Source: Mytilus californianus
Taxonomy: Eukaryota
Direction of reading: 5' to 3'
DNA length: 64,000 nucleotides
Assembly (NCBI RefSeq): GCF_021869535.1
Contig: NW_026262723.1
Location: 62,434,001 to 62,498,000 of the forward strand
Shown: positions 1 to 10,994 of the stretch, one piece after another
Layout: each line of letters opens with the position of its first letter
Numbering within the stretch: position 1 is the stretch's first letter
Position numbers and translations under genes: made by a program
The notes under the pieces: generated by a model
Told to the model about the DNA's origin: nothing
Databases searched by the model: none
What the model saw: the letters and a program-made list of their open reading frames with translations, nothing else

Positions 1-535
1 ACCTGCCACATTCTATGCCTATTTTCCAATATATCAAGAACCATAACTCCTGAACAGCAAAAAACTAATTCACCGATTTCAAACTTGACCACCATTTTTT
101 TCATCAGTAACAGCATGTCAAAATTTAAAGAGCATTGGTAGAACAGTACATAAGTAATTGTACAGAAATGACATAAAATGCTGTTTTTCAATCTATTAAG
201 AACCATAACTCATTAACAGCAATGGTCAAAATCATCTATATCTAACTTGAGTTCCATTTTTTTCATCAGTAACAACATATAAAAATTTTAAAAGCATTGG
301 TCAACTGGTTCATAATAGAACGGAAACAACATAAAGTGCCATTTTCAAATAGATCAAGGACCATAACTCCTGAACAGTAAAAGTGAAAATCATCTCTAAT
401 GAACTTGACCTCCATTTTGTCATCAATAACAACATATTACAATTTGAAAACCATTGTAGAAGGGTTCATAAGTTATTGAACGGAAATTAGATAAAGTGCC
501 ATTTTACAATATATCAAGGACCATAACTCCTGAAG
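1..535. repeat. ~160-bp tandem array (about 3.3 units, cut by the window start); probably the internal array of a HINE-like element
   Basis: CCATAACTC recurs at 41, 203, 361 and 521 (periods 162, 158, 160) with alignable sequence between. Confidence 0.85.
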
Positions 536-1239
536 TCATAGAAGTAGGGTCACAGTGATTAATGTATTATAAAACTGTATAGTACTATATAAGAGTTATA
601 TTTCATCTAATTCAAATCAATTGCAAAGTTTACATACCTTCTTTTCAATAAACAAAGTCATCTACCCATTTTGGCCTCCTTAATAACGAAGGATAGATTA
701 CAGGTGGTCTAACGACTAATTAAATCTCTACCAATTAGTTCTAGATACCTGTATATGATAAACAGATATTACAACACCTGATTAACATTATGTTTACATC
801 ATACAATCGATGTTTTTTTTCCTGCCAATTTGTTTTTGATTTGTTTTTCCTTTCACTACATTCTGTTCAATGATTTATAAAGCTAATTCATGTATGATGG
901 TTATAAACACTAATCTATTCTAGTGGAAAGTGAAAATGATTCCTATCTACAGAATATAAAATATTTTCTCCAATACATCATATATGCCATTGAATGAACA
1001 TCATTTGAACTCTGGTGGATAGTTGACTCATTGGCAATCATACCATACCTCCTTATTTTCATGTCTGAATTATAATCTTAAATATGCTGTTTTCATGGCA
1101 CTCATTAAAAAATAAAAATTTGCATGTTAGTGTAGAGATATTAAAAAATATGTGAAATTGTCTTGCCTTTTATTCATGCATAGGAACATAGGAACTTGCA
1201 TCTTGTTACGTCTTACCTCTTTTTTCTGCAATATAAAAA

Positions 1240-1643
1240 AATAAATGGAGAATGTGTCCATGGACACAGATTGATGCCCCTGCTTGCATTAACATTATAA
1301 AGGGGCGTAACTTAAGAATGGTAAAAGTGATGCCACCAAATTTGAACTTGATCTGAGTTTTGTGTTTTGTGGTAATAAGCATTGTGTAAAGTTTAATAAC
1401 ATTTGGTTGAGGCAAACATAAGTTATAAAACAGAAATGAAAAAAATCAGCAATTTTTTCATTTGTAAAGGGGCATAAATCTAGGACGGTAAAAGTGATGC
1501 CACCCAAATTCAAACTTGATCTGCGTTTTGTGGTCATATTCATTGTGTATAAGTGTCACGAAATTTGGTGAGGCAAACTAAAGTTTTGAGATGTACGCAA
1601 GGACGGACGGACAATGGTAAAACTGTGGAAGGGGCATAAAAAA
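1240..1643 (-). mobile_element. HINE/DINE-1-like non-autonomous element, family A
   Basis: 3' palindrome TGTGTCCATGGACACA at 1253-1268, adjacent subterminal ATGCCCCTGC, about two internal repeat units, (GGAC)3 at ~1601 and a 5' end GGGGCATAAAAAA. Homologous to 38024-39013 and 41775-42230. Confidence 0.75.
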
Positions 1644-3919
1644 GAAATTCTGTGAAACTTTTCATGATTAATAGTACAATGCAATCTAATAAATCCAAAT
1701 TTAGAAGAACATCACAAAAGATTAAGTACATCATTAAAATTCAAAAGTCTGAAGTGTAACAGAGGAACAAGACCTAATATACTAATTTTAAAGATTTCTG
1801 AATTCTCATGATGAGCAGAACAATTCTGAGAAACAATTATGAATCTTGAGTCTTTTGTAAGTACCTTTTTCACACATAAATTGTTAGCAAAAACAAATCA
1901 TGTTTTAACAAATGTTAAAACTGCCAGAAACCTAAAAGGAATCTGTTTGAAACAAAATGGAGGGGTACTACTGCAAAATAAAACCAAACATTAAATGGTG
2001 TATTGCAAGCACTTCTTTATACATGTTTTATACACCAAGATGTCGTTAAATGAAATTGGATACACAGCATTCATCATGTTCTTCAATAATATATGGTCAA
2101 ATCGCTGAAAGACCCCCTCCTAAATTATTGAAAACTATCATTCTGCATTGACAATAATATCTTGGTGTAAATTACATACACCTATTCAGGCTAACATACT
2201 CAAGGTGTATCTAATACAAACACACCTATTTTTACAAAATCTTAAATCATTGAAGTATGACTAAGAGGAGATTAGCCTCAATTTCTATAGGATGGATGTA
2301 AAGAAAAAACAGCAGTTATCAATGGTCTTGTTTAGGAGAACAGGATTTACCTATTTATTACTAGTCCTGATCTGTATTTGGTTTGAACTAGCTTCCAGTA
2401 GCTGTGAGTACTCTTAGATCTATAATTTGTGTCTTTTGTCTTTATTTCAGTTATTTTTGTGCTTCATGCTCATCTGATGAGTTAATCTATTGCCAACTGA
2501 TTTTTATAGGTTCTGGTTGGAATCCATACAGTGGTCTACAATTGCTTACATCCATGTCATTTGGACTTTGGCCAAAATTGGCCAGTATATTTTGGCCAGT
2601 ATGCTAAAAATGAGTTGAAAACAGAGTAGAATATATATATATATCAATGACTTATCTACAGAACAAATTGGTTTTTTTTTCAGTTTAGAATTTGCCGTCA
2701 TTAAAATTACAATTATTTCAAATAGGAATCTTGTCGTATTGTAACAAAGACATTGTTGTAGTATAAAGATAGGCCATTGGTTTTTTCATTTGAATTATTT
2801 TACATTTGTCAAACTTGGGCCTTTTATAGCTTACTATATATATGGTATGGATTTGCTCATTGTTGAAGGCTGTACAGTGACCTATTCATGGTGTAATTTT
2901 TCACATCATTGTTCTTTATGGATAATTGACTCATTAGCAATCAAACCAAATCCCCTTATTTTTATACAGTATTAGACTATGAATGTAAGTTACAGTTTCT
3001 TTGCCTATATATGTATACATGCACATCCTAAATTAGCTAAAAAAGAAAACCCAAGTTCTTAAAAATGATCCAAACAGTGTGAAAAATTCCAGACTCTGGT
3101 CATCATGTATTTAAGAAAATGGTATTAGAGAGCAAAAATCTAAAATGAAATCAAAATGACAGGGTAATATGATGACACTAAGGGTATCTTACAAACATTT
3201 AAGCTATTGGACAAAAGACCTCAAAGGGTAGTATTATCGCAGAGTGAATAGTTCATAGGACAGACAATGACTACTATGTTCCTCTAGCACATTTACATCA
3301 TAGACCATAAAATCCATAAAATATATGACTACAAGGTGTGAAGAAAGCGGTGTGAAAAAGCAGTGTGAAGAAAGAAGTATGAAGAAAGCCTCCAGTCTTT
3401 TAGGCATGAAACTTGAAATGATTTTTTTGCATTGTACCAATTGTTTGAAAGAAATCTACACTGGGAATCTGTATTCTTTGAGAAAGATGAAAAACTATTC
3501 ATTTTTAAAAATCTGGCAGGTACTCTTTCAAACCTTTCATTAGGAAACCACTAGTCTACTGTTACTTTTACAGACTTTTTTATGCCACCCACAATAGCAG
3601 TCATAAATTCTAATAGTAAAATGCCAAAAATTAATTATTTGTACAATTGAGATAACCCAAATGATGTGTACAAAGATTTCTGTAACAAAATGGATGTGTA
3701 AATAAGAGGGTAGTGAACAGCAGATCTCCGTTTATCAAAAGTTGCATCAACTGTATCTATTTAACACCTCATTAGCAGAACAATAATAAGAAACAGACAA
3801 GAATGGTAATCATGCAGAACAGGTGTCTCAGTCATTTTTTTCTGCTAATTAAACTATGGATTTCCTAGCAATTTCTCGACTAAATGAGTCTGGCTGTGTT
3901 TCAGGATCGAGTGGACATA

Positions 3920-4082
3920 CAGAGGCGGATTTAGAGGGTTTTCCAAGGGGCCCGCCCCCCCACCCCCCTTTTGTGGGAAAAATTTGGTTGATTATTTAGG
4001 GAATCACTGAAGCATGAATGGAGCGGGCCCCCTCTTAGGCAGTCAGTGGGCCCCCCCTTATGAATTTCTGGATCTGCCACTG
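3920..4082. mobile_element. 163-bp MITE with CAG(T/A)GGCGGAT...ATC(C/T)GCCACTG termini
   Basis: Terminal inverted repeats; ACATA flanks both ends (3915-3919 and 4083-4087); second copy at 8722-8885. Confidence 0.8.
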
Positions 4083-4800
4083 ACATACATGTATTATACA
4101 AGTACTGCTATTTAAAGAGTATTCATTATTGAATATTCATGGACCTTTTTGGTGAAACCATACATTTTAATAATAACCATTTAATTTGTTCTTATCCGTT
4201 GATTTGTTATGCATCCATTCTTACTAGAATTATAATTCTTTTAACTATTTGTAGAAATTTAAAAAGTATTTTAATTAATATCAAATCCTATAGACGCACA
4301 AAAGTACACATAATTGAAATGGGAAAATGCCTATTGTGGCTGATTAATAGTAAAGTAGGACATATTGTAAATATGAATAATTTGTAGAAATATGAAACAA
4401 TAAATTATCCGATTATATAAAATAATAATTGAAATTTTATAAATCTTTTATTAGCTATCTACTTTAAAATTGACATCATATCACTATGTAAACTTGATTT
4501 CACATTAGATATAAGCCTCATGTAAATATACAAACTCTGCCACAAAGTTTTGTGTCTAAAGTTATACTTTCAGATCTAGATTCAAAAAATTAATAACTAC
4601 ATATGTTTTTTTTTCTGAAGATCTGTAAATTCGCACATGTATACCCAGAGGGTTGAAAGCATAAGAACAATAAAAGTCTTTTTTTTAAACATAATGCAGT
4701 CTTTTGAAAAAATGCACATAGCATGGGAATTAATGTGTAAAATCTTTTTACACATGATTTCCATGCTTCATGCAAAATGTGATTTGTCACTTGCTTTTAT

Positions 4801-5165
4801 TTAAGAAATGAATACTTCTTTTTTAATTTTATTGGGGTGTAAAAGTGTTGACCAAAGCACGTTTTGTATGAAGCGCGCAAGCGCTTCATCTAAAAATGTG
4901 TCCACAATCAACACTTTTACACCCCAATTAAATTACAAAAAGAAGCATTCATTTCTTATAATTACATTTTTATACTGACAAGACCATGAAAAAAGTTTTA
5001 TCAAATTTTTCTTTTATTTACCTGTGCACTTTTTTGTGGAAGCACGTGTCATCACGAATGTAACATTTAATTTTAATATGAAGGTTAATTTTTGAATGAC
5101 ACGCAATTGTTGTTAGCCAATCAAATTAACGGATTCTTGTGAAACATACATGTAATGTAATTATT
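4801..5165. repeat. Foldback (long palindrome) element with a non-palindromic tail
   Basis: 21-bp perfect arms at 4831-4851 and 4908-4928, central ATGAAGCGC-GCAA-GCGCTTCAT, outer TAAGAAATGAAT/ATTCATTTCTTA. Partial homologs at ~44470-44590 and ~53195-53340. Confidence 0.8.
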
Positions 5166-6289
5166 TCAAATTTAATTACATTACAAAGAAGTTTCATACA
5201 ATTCCTTAATTTTGTTTGGCTGAAGTATTCCAAAAGATATTTTATTAAACAACTTTAAAACAATGCATAGAAAAACAACATAAAGCATTAATTCAAATAA
5301 TAACTCATGGTCGTATCATAAAAACGTAGCTTAAGCATTAAATGTCTTTATATTGGAGCGTTGAACTGCACCAATATAAAATCATCAAAAAACAGCATTC
5401 AATTCTTTCAACAATCAAGACCAATAAAAGGGAGATAACTCTAAAGTAAATATAATATTAAAAATCTCGAGTATATAGTTTTGAAGTATGATTGAGTGTT
5501 TTTATAATGTACAACTAGTGAAATATTTTGACAACAACAATATCAGATCATTGGACCGGTTGGTCAAGTGAGTATCATATTCTGGAAATTGTTATTATTT
5601 TGACTTACATCCACAGACGTCGCCGTTACTCTTGGGGCGTGTTTTATTGGTATCTTCTGTACATCTCCAGAATGTCTTCTGGTGAAGAGTCCAAAAAAAA
5701 TGAATCTGGACCTCTTCTGGAGATATTCTGTAGAAGAAGCAATAAAATAAAAATTCAATTTGCCGTCGAAAATATCAGATTTTTTTTTTTTTATGTTGGG
5801 TGACATAAATGAAGTTTACGATGATTTATTAGAAAATTAAGATACGTAAATTCAGTCGGTAGACATGACTGTAATAGTGTGCTCTGATTTTGGCATTGAA
5901 GTAGTTATACAAATGAAGTGTAAAAACAAAGAAATTAGTTGGAAGAAATCGCTGTGTTCGTCACATTTTTTTTTTTATGCTTTCCTAACTCAATTTGGGT
6001 AAACAAATCCGGCTTAAAGCTCCGACCATTTAATTTTCAGGAATAATTTTAAACTGTACAAAAAATTGTCAATGTTTGTCTGGTATATGCTCGAAAAGGA
6101 CATCTTGTCTATCAAACATTTTTGAAGTAACCAAACTGGATTATTTTTGTATATAAAAGATATCGCAGAGTTCTCAAAATCTTTTTTCCCTGGTGGTCCT
6201 TGAGGAAAATCTGCTGGTCCTTGCTATTATTTCAATTGCAAAATTTCGATGGTCAAAACCTTCGGACCATCACAAGGTATACAAGGTCA

Positions 6290-6850
6290 CGGCGTTTCTC
6301 AGACTGTTTATGACTAAATCCGTTGGATACTTAAGTCTGGGAGAACAAGATATATCAGTGTTACTTGTAATTATAGCTTTGAACAAACTTTCATTATTTG
6401 CAAATACTCTTATTTCGGTGCTTTGTGTCTATTGGCTTAATGTTGTTTTTTGTGTCTCGTACCGATCTTTTGGGTTAATCTAATTGCAACTGATTTTTAC
6501 AGTTTGTTCTTATGTTGAACTGTTACACCACTGTCCCAGTTTAAGGGAGGGTTGAGCGCTCAAAAACATGTTTAACCCTGCCATGTTCTTTATGTGCCTG
6601 TCCTAAGTCAGGAGCCTGTAGTTCAGTGGTTGTCTGTCGACTCATTTGATTTTTTGTAAATTGTTTTGTTATGTATAATTAAGCCGTTAGTTTTTTTATT
6701 TGAATTGTTTCACATTTTTCATGTCGGGGCCTTTTATTGGTTTTTGTCATTGTTGAAGGCCGTACGGATGCCTATAATTGCTTACATTCACTTCATTTGA
6801 AATTGGGTGGATAGTTGCCTCATTGGCTATCATACTACATCTCCTTATTT
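6290..6850 (+). repeat. Abundant interspersed repeat ending ...CTCATTGGC(A/T)ATCATAC(C/T)ACATCTCCTTATTTT; class uncertain
   Basis: Alignable copies at ~1000-1060, 2380-2510, 2780-2965, 16380-16680, 22555-23130 (-), 29430-29590 (-), 34500-34660 (-), 42240-43575 and 62420-62790 (-). Confidence 0.75.
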
Positions 6851-7469
6851 TCATATTATATACCTGACTTTTAAACTCGTGTTTTCTTGAACATGCATGA
6901 AATATTTGTCACATGACGTAAAAAATAAGTAACCAGCAATCATGCAATCAATTTAAACTTTGTTAAATAAGGGTAAAACATTTGATATATTTCTTTTGTG
7001 GTGGGGTGGGGGACCTCAAAAACATGTTTAACCCTGCCATGTTCTTTATGTGCCTGTCCTAAGTCAGGAGCCTGTAGTTCAGTGGTTGTCTGTCGACTCA
7101 TTTGATTTTTTGTAAATTGTTTTGTTATGTATAATTAGGCCGTTAGTTTTTTTATTTGAATTGTTTCACATTTTTCATGTCGGGGCCTTTTATTGGTTTT
7201 TGTCATTGTTGAAGGCCGTACGGATGCCTATAATTGCTTACATTCACTTCATTTGAAATTGGGTGGATAGTTGCCTCATTGGCTATCATACTACATCTCC
7301 TTATTTTCATATTATATACCTGACTTTTAAACTCGTGTTTTCTTGAACATGCATGAAATATTTGTCACATGACGTAAAAAATAAGTAACCAACAATCATG
7401 CAATCAATTTAAACTTTGTTAAATAAGGGTAAAACATTTGATATATTTCTTTTGTGGTGGGTGGGGGAC
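6559..7469. repeat. Near-perfect ~456-bp tandem duplication
   Basis: CTCAAAAACATGTTTAACCCTGCC starts at both 6559 and 7015. The copies differ by about two substitutions and one G indel. Confidence 0.95.
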
Positions 7470-8721
7470 AAGAGGATTTTAAATATGAATATGATGGCCA
7501 GGTAAGAGCTGAAAAAATAAGCATGATTAGCGGCAGATTAAAATGAATAATAAATCCGCAAAAAATCATCCTGCACCGTACCCCTCCCCAGAATATCAAA
7601 TAGTCGTCCCTTTACTGTAATTGTTCGTGTAGTTCTTATATTTATCCAGCTTATTGTCCCTACAGGGATGTCCTACTAAGACTGCCATACCATAAAAACG
7701 TTTATCACACAGCTCACATTCTATTATATCAGCATTTATAAATTTATTAAAGTCATTTAGACTAAGCGACGCCATCTTTGTTATGTGCCTCTGCCGTCTA
7801 AACTACCTATATAAAAGGAAGAGGGAGAAGAGAGCCAGAAGACCTTCCCAATGCAAAAAAAAACAGAAATGGACCTCTTCTGGCTCACTACCGAAGAACA
7901 AAAAAACACGCCCTTGTACTTTTGAGCTCTTGTACACATTAAATTGGCGGGAAAACTGTGACTATATTTATACTCTCCAACTCTCCCAAACTATTTATGA
8001 TCAGCTTTGAAAATATATATTCTTTGCCAAAATTAAAATCAACTTATCAAAAAAGTTAAATATTTTTAAATTAAGACAAAATGTGAATTAGACAAATATT
8101 TCTTAAAAAAATTATAAAAGAAAAATATTATTAATATTTTCTGGGACTATTATAGTTAGTATAATAGTCCCAGATATTTTGTATTACATCTCTCTGCTAT
8201 TCTGTAAAATGCGAGTAAGTGACCATTTCTTGGAAATAGTAGAGGGTAAGATATATGAGAATGCAAAAAGAAACTAGAATTTGAAAAGTGATGTAATATT
8301 AATGAGGTTATTTTTTCTTCATGTGAAATTAATAAATCTTCAAGTACGCGATAAACAGCTTGAAAAGGATATGAATAATATTCTCATCCAGGATTTACGG
8401 AATCATACAGATATATTGCAACTACTTCTGTCTTCATTTCATTGTTTCGTTCATCAAAAAGTCATTTGCGCTGAGGAGAGTGGACACCACACCTGCATAA
8501 ATATTATTACTTTTTAATTTTGGCTATCGATATATGATGTTTTAATTGATAATCTTATAATTTTTGCATTGTGTATATATTTGTATTGTATTGTATATGC
8601 CTTCAATCCCTCGGCATGTAAATGTTCATTTCTTTAATAAATAAATAAATTTAGGAGAGTCTGGAGGGTATAGAATAGAGAACAATGGCCCAAAAAATTA
8701 TGAATAGAGAAACTAGAGTAG

Positions 8722-8885
8722 CATAGGCGGATCAAGGGGAGGGGGGCTGGGGGGCCCGGACCCCCCCCCCTTTTGTGGGAATAAATTGGTTGATTATATA
8801 GGGAATCACTGAAGCATGACTGGAGCGGGCCCCCCTTAGGTCAGTCAGTGGGCCCCCTTTATAAAAAGTTCTGGATCCGCCACTG
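8722..8885. mobile_element. 164-bp MITE, same family as 3920-4082
   Basis: CATAGGCGGATC...GGATCCGCCACTG termini and the shared core TGGTTGATTAT.TAGGGAATCACTGAAGCATGA.TGGAGCGGGCCCCC. Confidence 0.8.
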
Positions 8886-9700
8886 CTAGAGGCTCTAAAG
8901 AGCCTGTGTCGCTTACCTTGGCCAGTATATATGCATATTCAACAAAGGACACTCTCCAACATTGTAGACAAGAATAGAATTCATGACAAAAATCTCTGTT
9001 TTGTTGATCTCGTATTGCTGATCATTTAGTCTGTTAAGTTCTCTCTATCTTCTTTAGTTTTTGTTCAAAACACAAAAGAGGGGGGGGGTCCTCATTTATG
9101 GGCAATCACTCCTATAAAGAGTGACAGTCTACTAAAGATATCGGTAGAATTTGACATGTTAGTAGATCTTGCCTTGCTGATTATTTTTGTGAATTAAAGT
9201 GTCTATTTATCTGTTATAATTTTAATCATATAAGGCAAAATGCAAAAAAAATGGTAAAAATCGTTATTAAAGGGCAAAAACTCCAATAAAGAGTCGTCGG
9301 ACGATTTCTTCCATATCGTCTTACTTGTAGATTTTGACTTGCTGATCATTTTTGCTTATCTAAGTTTCTATCTATCTATTATAATTTTAAGATATAAGGC
9401 ACAAACGCAAGAAATTGGTAAAAATCGTCATCAAAGGGCAATAACTCTAATTAGAAGTCGACTGACGATTTCGACCATGCTGGACTTATTTGTAGAACTT
9501 GTCTTGCTGATCAATTTTGCATTTTAAAGTTTCTCTCTATCTGTTATAGTTTCAGGATAATAGGCAAAAATGAAAAAAAAATAGTAAAATTTTTCATTTA
9601 AGGGCAATAACTCCTATAAGAAGTCGTCTGACAATTTCGATGTATAAGGACAATTGGTAGAGCTCAACATTCTGAACATTTTTCCTCCTGTCAGACTATT
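8886..9700 (-). mobile_element. HINE-like element (family D) with a ~165-bp internal tandem array
   Basis: Terminal hairpin AGGCTC-TAAA-GAGCCT followed by GTGTCGCTTACC; GGGCAA(T/A)(A/C)ACTC recurs at ~9100, 9272, 9436 and 9602. Homologous to 47590-48885 (+). Confidence 0.7.
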
Positions 9701-9844
9701 TCTATGTAATTTAATTTTGGATGAAACACCTCTTCTGATTTGCTGAAAGTGTTTTGTCTATCAGCTCATAGACATAATTTTGTCATGTGACTATGACGTC
9801 ATCAACGTTTTTATCATGATTTACTCCTTTTTAGAATTAAATTA

Positions 9845-9997
9845 TAAGGACTGACTAATATTTTTTCAGTCTTTTCGAAATAACATAAAAAATGTGGTGC
9901 ACACTTTTAAATAACCCGCTACGCGAGTTATTCAGTGTGCACCACATTTTTTATGTTATTTCTTCATAGACAGAAAAAATATTACAGTCATTCCTTA
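9845..9997. repeat. ~150-bp foldback palindrome element
   Basis: 29-bp perfect arms GAAATAACATAAAAAATGTGGTGCACACT (9877-9905) and its reverse complement (9934-9962); central AATAACCCGC-TAC-GCGAGTTATT; TAAGGA/TCCTTA ends. Confidence 0.85.
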
Positions 9998-10623
9998 ATT
10001 ATAACGGTTTTAAAATAATAGACAAAACTTTCATTTTACCCCTATGTTCTAAAGTCATATAATTACAGAAAAAAAATAAAAGTAAAATCGATTTCATGAG
10101 AATTTTTACAAAATAAGCGTTATCTTTAAAGATTAAGAAAAATGTCCCAAAAATTTAAAGCATACAGAAATGAAGTTCCTCATTAAGGCTACGGAAATAT
10201 TATGTTTGGTCCAACGTCAAGAGTAGTACCAGGTTTTGAGGTTAAGGGGCATGATCCAACTAATTTTGGACATTTCGTTACTATTTTATGCCAAATGATA
10301 TTTTTTTTTCGATTTTAGGGAAGGGGAGCGTCCTGCTCGCTTCCAATCAAGTCCCGCTGATTCCGCCCCTTGTCGTCATAGTCAATCTACTTAGCACATC
10401 GACTTTTTAACTATTGGTCTAATGGCACTAGCATTTTTGGTGGCAAGTAAGAACAAAACACATTGATTGATTGTTGGTGTTTGACGCCCCAGTATGTAGC
10501 AAATAATGTCGGCCTCGACCGGGTACTTTGGGGTTCAAGGGGGAAATTGCCAAAAAGTTGGGGGTCAAAACTATGTATATGATAAATGTCTCTAACGTGC
10601 TTTTACATTAATTTCTGTAAATG

Positions 10624-10624
<1 letters not shown>

Positions 10625-10667
<43 letters not shown>

Positions 10668-10673
10668 AGATTG
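10625..10673. repeat. (GATT)n microsatellite
   Basis: About 11-12 consecutive GATT units. Confidence 0.95.
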
Positions 10674-10868
10674 ACGAAACTCAGTTGCATCTTCAATAAA
10701 TCAATCGAGTTTCAAGTAGCTTGTTTTCAACATTACACAAATTATCACATGTTTTGAGATTACAGATAAATAGATGGACTTTACACATTTACACATACAG
10801 ATATGGCCGACATTCATATGAAACCGCCTTTTAAGCTGATAACCAGGTTTACGTGTCACCTTTCTTAG

Positions 10869-10940
10869 TATAAATACTACAACATGATACCATAACGTAC
10901 GCTACAAATCTGTGGACTCATTGACAGTTCGAACAGGTTT
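10869..10940 (+). promoter_or_regulatory. Core promoter of alpha-tubulin A: TATA box plus conserved downstream motif
   Basis: TATAAAT at 10869; CTGTGGACTCATTGACAGTTCGAACAGG at 10910, shared with genes B and C at similar spacing. Confidence 0.6.
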
Positions 10941-10994
10941 TTCTAGTAAATTATATATTCATAGACTTTCAAATTCGGAGTTAATTATTTGAAA

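Noticed and set aside
3100-3545. ORFs 3234-3440 and 3325-3543 with a short GTGTGAA(G/A)AA repeat
   Set aside because: No recognisable domain or splice context; the repeat is only three or four degenerate 13-15-mers.
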